From Kiritimatiellia bacterium (GTDB lineage: Bacteria; Verrucomicrobiota; Kiritimatiellia; RFP12; JAAYLN01), in NCBI GenBank assembly GCA_017962605.1, contig JAGCUY010000217.1, positions 7,412 through 71,411 of the forward strand: a DNA stretch of 64,000 nt, in the 5' to 3' direction. Below are positions 58,276 through 64,000 of the stretch, piece by piece. The translations under genes and the position numbers were made by a program. A model generated the notes under the pieces. The model saw only the letters and a list, made by a program, of their open reading frames with translations, made no database searches and was not told the origin of the DNA. Positions within the stretch are counted from its first letter, which is position 1. Every line of letters starts with the position of its first letter.

Positions 58276-58989
58276 ATGAATCCGAAACTCATCGCCTTTG
58301 ACCTTGACGGCACGCTTACCCAGCACAAGTCGCCGCTCTCCGACGAAATGCGCTCCACCCTCGACGCGCTCCGCGCATCCGGGCGCCAGCTGCTGATGGT
58401 CGGCGCAGGCGCCTGCCGCCGCATCTTCAACCAAATGGGGGCCTACCCCATCGACATCCTCGGCAACTACGGCCTCCAGTACGCCGAATACGACGAAGCC
58501 GCCAAGGACCTGAAATTCGTCTTCGACGAGCGACTGCCCTGCGACCGCGAGTCCGTTCTCAAACGCGCCAGCGCATTCCGCGAGAAGCATGGCCTGACGA
58601 ACTTCGCCGGCGACAGCATCGAGTTCCACGACTCAGGCGTCGTCACCTTCGCCATCCTTGGCACCAAGGCGGTCCAGGCCGACAAGCTGGCCTTCGACCC
58701 CGACCGCGTCAAGCGCCGCGCCATCTACGCCGAGGTCTGCGCCCTATTCCCGGACTACAAGGTCTTCATCGGCGGCTCGTCCTCCTTTGACATGGCCCCT
58801 GCCCCATACGACAAGGCATACGCACTTTCGCTCCTCTGCGAAAAGCGCGGGCTGGCCAAGGAAGAGGTGCTCTACGTCGGCGACGACTACGGCCCCGGCG
58901 GCAACGACGAATCGGTTCTCCTTGCCGGCTTCCCATTCTTGAAAATCGACGACTACCGCACCACACCGGCGTTGTTGCGCCAGTATTAA
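58276..58989 (+). CDS. HAD-IIB hydrolase (phosphomannomutase-like)
   Basis: FDLDGTL, GGSSSFD, DKAY, GDD..PGGND. Confidence 0.85.
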   Translation: MNPKLIAFDLDGTLTQHKSPLSDEMRSTLDALRASGRQLLMVGAGACRRIFNQMGAYPIDILGNYGLQYAEYDEAAKDLKFVFDERLPCDRESVLKRASAFREKHGLTNFAGDSIEFHDSGVVTFAILGTKAVQADKLAFDPDRVKRRAIYAEVCALFPDYKVFIGGSSSFDMAPAPYDKAYALSLLCEKRGLAKEEVLYVGDDYGPGGNDESVLLAGFPFLKIDDYRTTPALLRQY

Positions 58990-59034
58990 TCACTTCCACA
59001 TTTCCACATTTCCACACTTCCACATTTCCACACT
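58990..59034. repeat. 8-bp tandem array (TTCCACAY x5) filling the intergenic gap
   Basis: cacttccaca tttccaca tttccaca cttccaca tttccaca ct. Confidence 0.9.
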
Positions 59035-59994
59035 ATGAAAGCTCTCTGCATCCAAGCTGACGGATCGCTCCTGTGGAGCGACGTCCCCGAACCCGAACTG
59101 CGCGGCGACTTCGACGTCCTCATCGACGTGAAGGCCGCAGCCGTGAACCGCGCCGACCTCATGCAGCGCGCCGGCATCTACGCGCCGCCGCCGGAATGGC
59201 CCACATGGCCTGGGCTGGAGTGCGCGGGCGTCGTCCTCAAGGCTCCGGCTGGCGGCCGCTTCAAGGAAGGCGACAGCGTCTGCGCCCTCCTCGGTGGCGG
59301 CGGATACGCCGAGCGCGTCGCGGTTCCAGAGGGAATGTGCATGCCGCTCCCGAAAGGCTTCTCCTTCGAGCAGGCAACGGCCCTCCCCGAGGTCTATGCG
59401 ACGGCATATCTCAACCTCCGCATCGTCGGCGAAATCCAGCGCGGCGAGACCTTCTTCATCAACGGCGGCGAAGGCGGCCTGGGCGTCGCCTGCATCCAGC
59501 TGGCCAAGCACTGCTTTGGCGCAAAGGTCGTGGCCCAGGTGGCCTCCGACGAAAACGGCGCCTTCTGCAAGTCGCTCGGCGCGGACGTCGTCTCCAACCG
59601 TTTCAAGGACGACCTCGTGAAGACTCTTGAAGCCAATCCGCCGAATGTCGCCATCGACCCCGTTGGAGGGCCTCTCATGGGCAAGTGCATCGCCACCATG
59701 CCCTATCGCGGCCGCTGGATTTCCCTCGCATCAATGGCAGGCCCCGAGACCACCCTCGACGTGAACCTGCTTTGGCGCAAGAACCTTCGAGTCATCGGCT
59801 CAACCCTCCGTTCGCGCACCAGCGCTGAAAAGGCGCAGATACTCGCGGGGCTTGTCCGCGACGCCTGGCCGCTCTTCGAGTCCGGCGCCATCGCGCCCGT
59901 CATCCACGCCGTCGTGCCAATGCGCGAGGCCGCCGAGGCCCACCGCATCATGCAGGCGGGCGAAAACAGAGGCAAACTCGTTTTGAAGGTGTAA
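59035..59994 (+). CDS. NAD(P)H-quinone oxidoreductase, PIG3/MDR family
   Basis: AAAVNRAD..QR.G.Y, GLECAG, LLGGGGYAE, GSTLRSR, GKLVL. Confidence 0.92.
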   Translation: MKALCIQADGSLLWSDVPEPELRGDFDVLIDVKAAAVNRADLMQRAGIYAPPPEWPTWPGLECAGVVLKAPAGGRFKEGDSVCALLGGGGYAERVAVPEGMCMPLPKGFSFEQATALPEVYATAYLNLRIVGEIQRGETFFINGGEGGLGVACIQLAKHCFGAKVVAQVASDENGAFCKSLGADVVSNRFKDDLVKTLEANPPNVAIDPVGGPLMGKCIATMPYRGRWISLASMAGPETTLDVNLLWRKNLRVIGSTLRSRTSAEKAQILAGLVRDAWPLFESGAIAPVIHAVVPMREAAEAHRIMQAGENRGKLVLKV

Positions 59995-59997
59995 AGA

Positions 59998-61008
59998 ATG
60001 AAGAAACTCCGCACAATTTTCCACGGCCTCAACCACGAGCACGGGGTTGGCAAGCTGGTAAGCGTCCGCAAGCTCCAAGACATCTTTGAAGTCGTCGCCG
60101 CCGTCGATGACATCTCCAGCAAGACGCCAACCTGGCACGCCTCCTGGCCGACCGGCGAAGGGCTGAAGCTCGTCACCGCAGAAGAGGCGCTGGCCATGCC
60201 CGACATCGACGTCGTCTTTGTCGAGACGGCCAACGCCGACCTCGTCGCCTCCGCCATGCCCTGGGCGAAGCGCGGCGTGGCGATGCACCTCGACAAGCCC
60301 ACTGGCGAAACGCGCGAGCCTTTCCGCGAACTGGTCGCCATCTGCCGCGAGAAGAACGTTCCGCTTCAGCTTGGCTACATGTTCCGCGCCAACCCCGCCG
60401 TCAAGTTCCTCCAGCGCTCCGTCCTCGACGGCACATTGGGCAAGGTCATTCACATCCAGGCCACGATGGACCACAACTACGGCAACGACGAATACCAGCG
60501 CTACCTATCGACCTTCAAGGCAGGCATCCACTACAACCTCTGCTGCCACCTGCTCGACTTCATCGCGCCGATGATGGAAGGCGACCTCGTCCGCGTCACA
60601 ACCCAGATCGGCGCAGCGCCAGGCGACCCGCCAGACTCCCGCAACCGCTGCACCTCGCTTCTGGAATGGCCCGGGGCGACGGCATTCGTCCACGCCTGCA
60701 GCCGCGTCCCCGGCGGCCAGACCCGCCGCCATCTCCGCGCCGACTGCCAAAACGGCATTTTCGAGATGGAGCAAATAGAGCGCTTCGACGGCCAGCCGCT
60801 AAAGGCGACCATGATTCTCGGGAAGGGCGCAGGCTACTATTCCGCAGGGCGCCACGAGCTAGACTTCGGCATCCAGACCGACCGCTACGCCGGCCAGCTG
60901 CTGGAGCTTGCCGCCATCGTGCGCGGCGAGCGGCCCAATCCAACGGCCCTCTACGACCACGATCTCCGCGTCCACGACATCCTCCTGAAGTCATGCGGGC
61001 TTATCTGA
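59998..61008 (+). CDS. Gfo/Idh/MocA family oxidoreductase
   Basis: H.H..GK, HLDKP, LGYMFR.NP, CHLLD. Confidence 0.85.
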   Translation: MKKLRTIFHGLNHEHGVGKLVSVRKLQDIFEVVAAVDDISSKTPTWHASWPTGEGLKLVTAEEALAMPDIDVVFVETANADLVASAMPWAKRGVAMHLDKPTGETREPFRELVAICREKNVPLQLGYMFRANPAVKFLQRSVLDGTLGKVIHIQATMDHNYGNDEYQRYLSTFKAGIHYNLCCHLLDFIAPMMEGDLVRVTTQIGAAPGDPPDSRNRCTSLLEWPGATAFVHACSRVPGGQTRRHLRADCQNGIFEMEQIERFDGQPLKATMILGKGAGYYSAGRHELDFGIQTDRYAGQLLELAAIVRGERPNPTALYDHDLRVHDILLKSCGLI

Positions 61009-61116
61009 AAGGACGGTGCCGGAATCCCGATTCCCGGATCTCGGCGCCGCCTAACTTGACTTGCCTCGCGCAATAGTGTATCTTAACAGGAAATTTCTTT
61101 GAAAGGTTTTGTTAAC

Positions 61117-62532
61117 ATGGCCACGCAGGAAACTATCGATCCACAACTCCAGAAAAAGGCTCTCAACTTCTTCAACAACGGCTTCGCGGCCTTTGAGCGA
61201 GGCAACCTCGACATGGCTGTCGAATTGCTTCTGCGAAGCCTGGAAATCGACCCCACGTCATTTAGGACGCGGAAGTTCCTCCGCGCGGCATCGCTCCAGC
61301 GCTATGTGAAGACAAAGCCATCTCCGCTGAAGATCAAGCTTTCGGAAATCGCCTCGCTCGGCGCGGCCATGAAGAGCGAGAGCCTTCTCAAGGCGGGCAA
61401 GATCAACGAGGCGCTTGTTGCCTCCGAGAAGCTCGTTGAGGCGTCGCCCCTTTCGGTCAAGAACCTCTCCATCGCCGCAAAGTGCGCCATGGCGGCCAAT
61501 CAGCCCGACGTTGCCGCGATGCTGTTCGAGACGGCCCTACAGGCCGACTTGGGCAACGAGGCGATCATGACGAAGCTCGCCGAAATCTACTGCCAGGCAA
61601 AGCAGTGGTCCAAGGCGCGCGAAATCTACTCGGCGCTCCTCGGCAAGCACCCGCAGGACGGCCGACTCGTCACGCTCCTCAAGGACACCGAGGCGCGCAT
61701 GACCATGGCCGGCGGATGGGAGTATGTCGTTTCCTCTAACAAGAAGGAAGGCTTCCGCGACCTCATCAAGAACACGGAAGAGGCCAGCAAGCTCGACATG
61801 AAGAACAAGGCCACCGTCGCCGTGGGCGACGACGCCGAGGCCATGATCGCAGACCAGAAGGCCAAGATCGAGAAGGATCCGCGCAACCTCAACTACTCCC
61901 GCGGCCTCGCCCGCATCTACCAGCAGCTCAAGCGCTACGACGAAGCCGTCGAGACCCTCAAGAAGGCCCGCGAGATCAACTCAGCAGACCCCGAACTCGA
62001 CCGCATGCTCACGAACGTCACCATCTTGGCCTACGACTCCAAGATCGATGCCCTTGTCCAGGCTGGCAAGCCCGAAGAGGCCGACGAGCTGCGCGCAACG
62101 CGCAACCAGTTCGTCTTCGACGACCTCGTGCAGCGCGTCGAACGCTACCCGAACGACCTGCGCCTCCGCTTCGAACTTGGCCAGCAGTACCTCATGTACG
62201 ACGCCTACGATGACGCCATCCAGCAGTTCCAGCTTTCGCAGCGCAGCCCCAAGGAGCGCACCCTCTCCCTGCACGGTCTGGCAAAGTGCTTCCGCGCAAA
62301 GGGGCAGCGCGACATGGCCGTCATGCAGCTCGAAACGGCTCTGGAGCAGCTGCACGTCATGGACGACACCAAGAAGGCAGTCCTGTTCGACCTGGGCGAA
62401 ATGGCCGAGGAAGCCGGCGACCTTGAGAAGGCATTCAAGATCTACCGCGAGGTTTACGGCGCGGACATCGCCTACAAGGACATCGGCGAGAAGATGGAGC
62501 GCATCTACAAGCTGCGCCAGCAAAAGGCATAG
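61117..62532 (+). CDS. Tetratricopeptide repeat protein
   Basis: Multiple TPRs; RYPND..LRFELG, AIQQFQ, DI.YKD. TTGACT-N17-TATCTT promoter upstream. Confidence 0.85.
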   Translation: MATQETIDPQLQKKALNFFNNGFAAFERGNLDMAVELLLRSLEIDPTSFRTRKFLRAASLQRYVKTKPSPLKIKLSEIASLGAAMKSESLLKAGKINEALVASEKLVEASPLSVKNLSIAAKCAMAANQPDVAAMLFETALQADLGNEAIMTKLAEIYCQAKQWSKAREIYSALLGKHPQDGRLVTLLKDTEARMTMAGGWEYVVSSNKKEGFRDLIKNTEEASKLDMKNKATVAVGDDAEAMIADQKAKIEKDPRNLNYSRGLARIYQQLKRYDEAVETLKKAREINSADPELDRMLTNVTILAYDSKIDALVQAGKPEEADELRATRNQFVFDDLVQRVERYPNDLRLRFELGQQYLMYDAYDDAIQQFQLSQRSPKERTLSLHGLAKCFRAKGQRDMAVMQLETALEQLHVMDDTKKAVLFDLGEMAEEAGDLEKAFKIYREVYGADIAYKDIGEKMERIYKLRQQKA

Positions 62533-62541
62533 CGGCTCGCG

Positions 62542-63873
62542 CTATTTGCGCCGCGCGGCTATGTGAATGGCAATTGCCACTGCCTGCGCGGCGCAGGATG
62601 CGAGCAGCCACCACACGAAGAAGGAGAGCCTCCCTGCATTCAGGGAGGCCATCCAATTTAAAGCCCCCTGCGGCAGGATGCCGGCGAAAGCGCCATGCCC
62701 CGTAAGGACGACCAGTCCGCCAGTCTCAATTAGTATGATCGGCAGCCAGTACCTGATGAAGCGGAAACGGCCCGCCGCCGTCTCGTATGAGTAGAACGAG
62801 CCAATGGCCACGCAAAGCGTCATGCGCAGAGCAAGCGCAGTGAGCAGCAGCGAGTATGGCGTGTAGTCGCGCCATAGCGGGACGGCGTTGAGAATCATCT
62901 TTCCAAACACGGCCAGAAGGGCCGTCACGCATAGGCCCGGTGCGATTGTCCCGACTAGCATCCTCGTGAGAAGCCGTCCGTTGTCTCCGCCCTTCTCGTT
63001 CGACTCCACCGCGAGCGGGAACATGACGAAGGAGATTGACATGCCCGCGTATGCGGCGATTTCGGCCAGGCGCGTAATCATGTAGTAGGCCGCCGATTCC
63101 ACGTCGGGGAGCCTCTGGCGGAAGAGCAGCGCCTGCCAGGTGCCGAGGATCGTGCCTATGACCATGTATCCGGCGAAGGGCAGGACGTAGCGCGCCATGT
63201 CGTGGACGTCTTTGCCCAGCGGGACGCTCTTCACGTCGCGCCCTAGCTCCCTGCGCAGGGAAAGCCACCCCGCAGTCGCGTTGAGCACAGGCGCGGCCAT
63301 CTGTCCCATGACGTATCCCGACAGGGCGCGGATGGGCATCGCGATTAGCATCACCACCAGCCTCGCAGGAGCGCCGAAGATGTTGATGAGCGAAGTCGTG
63401 CGGAACTTCTTCAGTCCCTGGAGGGCGTTGTTGAAAATCGTGGATACCGGCGTCACAAGCCCGGCGCAGACGATGAGGAAGCCAAGGGAGCCTTCGGCCA
63501 CGCGCATCCGCTCGAAGAAAAGCGGGAGGATGAAGCGGGCGGAAAGCACTGCCAGAACGAACGCGCCGACGCCTCCATAGATGGCTATCGACAGCAGCCG
63601 CTTTATCTTGCCCCGCTCCCCGCGCGTGGCGTAGATGGTGAGCCAGCGTGAGAATGGGACGACGAGAATCGCGAGCGGTAGTCCGAAAATGCCGCCGGCC
63701 TGGATCAGCGGCAGCGCCGCGCCCAGTTCCTCCTGCGGTACATACTTCGGAACAAGCCAAAGGCCGATGAAGGCGTTGATGAGGTCGCCGAACCTGCATG
63801 AAATGAAGATGATGGCCGACCACCACCACAGTTCGCCGCTCTTTTCACGAAGCCGTTTTACGAAAGCATTCAT
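62542..63873 (-). CDS. Oligosaccharide flippase / polysaccharide biosynthesis membrane protein
   Basis: About 11-12 TM segments; LQGLKKF; AAYYMITR..E. Confidence 0.7.
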   Translation of the reverse strand: MNAFVKRLREKSGELWWWSAIIFISCRFGDLINAFIGLWLVPKYVPQEELGAALPLIQAGGIFGLPLAILVVPFSRWLTIYATRGERGKIKRLLSIAIYGGVGAFVLAVLSARFILPLFFERMRVAEGSLGFLIVCAGLVTPVSTIFNNALQGLKKFRTTSLINIFGAPARLVVMLIAMPIRALSGYVMGQMAAPVLNATAGWLSLRRELGRDVKSVPLGKDVHDMARYVLPFAGYMVIGTILGTWQALLFRQRLPDVESAAYYMITRLAEIAAYAGMSISFVMFPLAVESNEKGGDNGRLLTRMLVGTIAPGLCVTALLAVFGKMILNAVPLWRDYTPYSLLLTALALRMTLCVAIGSFYSYETAAGRFRFIRYWLPIILIETGGLVVLTGHGAFAGILPQGALNWMASLNAGRLSFFVWWLLASCAAQAVAIAIHIAARRK

Positions 63874-63874
63874 T

Positions 63875-64000
63875 TTACTTCAATCCAAAGATCCCCCTCA
63901 AGGTGCCCTTGGCGTAAGCCCAGGCGATGTCGGGTCTTCGGTTCTTCATGGCGACCATGCCATAGTAAACGGCGGAAAGCGGGGCGAACAGCAGCGTGAC
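63875..64000 (-). CDS. 3' end of an upstream gene (possibly a glycosyltransferase); partial
   Basis: Open frame VTLLFAPLSAVYYGMVAMKNRRPDIAWAYAKGTLRGIFGLK-stop, ending 1 nt before the flippase start. Confidence 0.5.
   Translation of the reverse strand, partial: VTLLFAPLSAVYYGMVAMKNRRPDIAWAYAKGTLRGIFGLK

Noticed and set aside
62529-62545. Hairpins at convergent gene ends (also 7639-7654 and 11685-11694)
   Set aside because: The pairing is largely produced by the opposing TAG/CTA stop codons, and the stems are too short to call.

Overview
GC-rich chromosomal segment from a diderm, anaerobic, polysaccharide-using bacterium. It is most likely PVC superphylum (Kiritimatiellae-like); this is inferred from the lptCAB-hpf-hprK-ptsH-ptsI block, the V-type ATPase with DUF2764 and the style of the exported proteins, and is not proven. 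About 52 CDS and one tRNA-Arg(UCU) are supportable. Most are housekeeping or carbohydrate genes: Lpt, regulatory PTS, Sir2, GH36, GH78, uxaC, pyrC, lpxA, gspD, V-ATPase E/A, rubrerythrin, MacAB-TolC-like exporter, tsaB, ABC-F and serA. The most interesting element is a ~4.9 kb island between uxaC and serA (50.7-55.5 kb) with the architecture of an unfamiliar polymorphic toxin cassette. It contains (1) a ~976-aa exported protein with a hydrophobic N-terminus ending in YGGGK, Ca-binding DxDxDG repeats and a C-terminal Cys-His NlpC/P60-CHAP-like tip, split by a 1-nt frameshift; (2) an overlapping AT-rich gene with a signal peptide (candidate immunity); (3) a secreted accessory protein ending in a short hydrophobic-strand+K motif; and (4) an internally deleted DUF262-HNH nuclease. 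Other notable items are an atypical glycyl-radical enzyme (ACWE / RVWGWSG) coupled to an alpha-galactosidase, a nitrilase-GDPD fusion, many promoters abutting start codons (leaderless mRNAs), 7/8-bp tandem arrays at operon junctions, and REP-like palindromes including in-frame copies inside genes. No CRISPR array, rRNA, transposase, integrase or reverse transcriptase was recognised. All family assignments come from reading motifs by eye; no database search was run.
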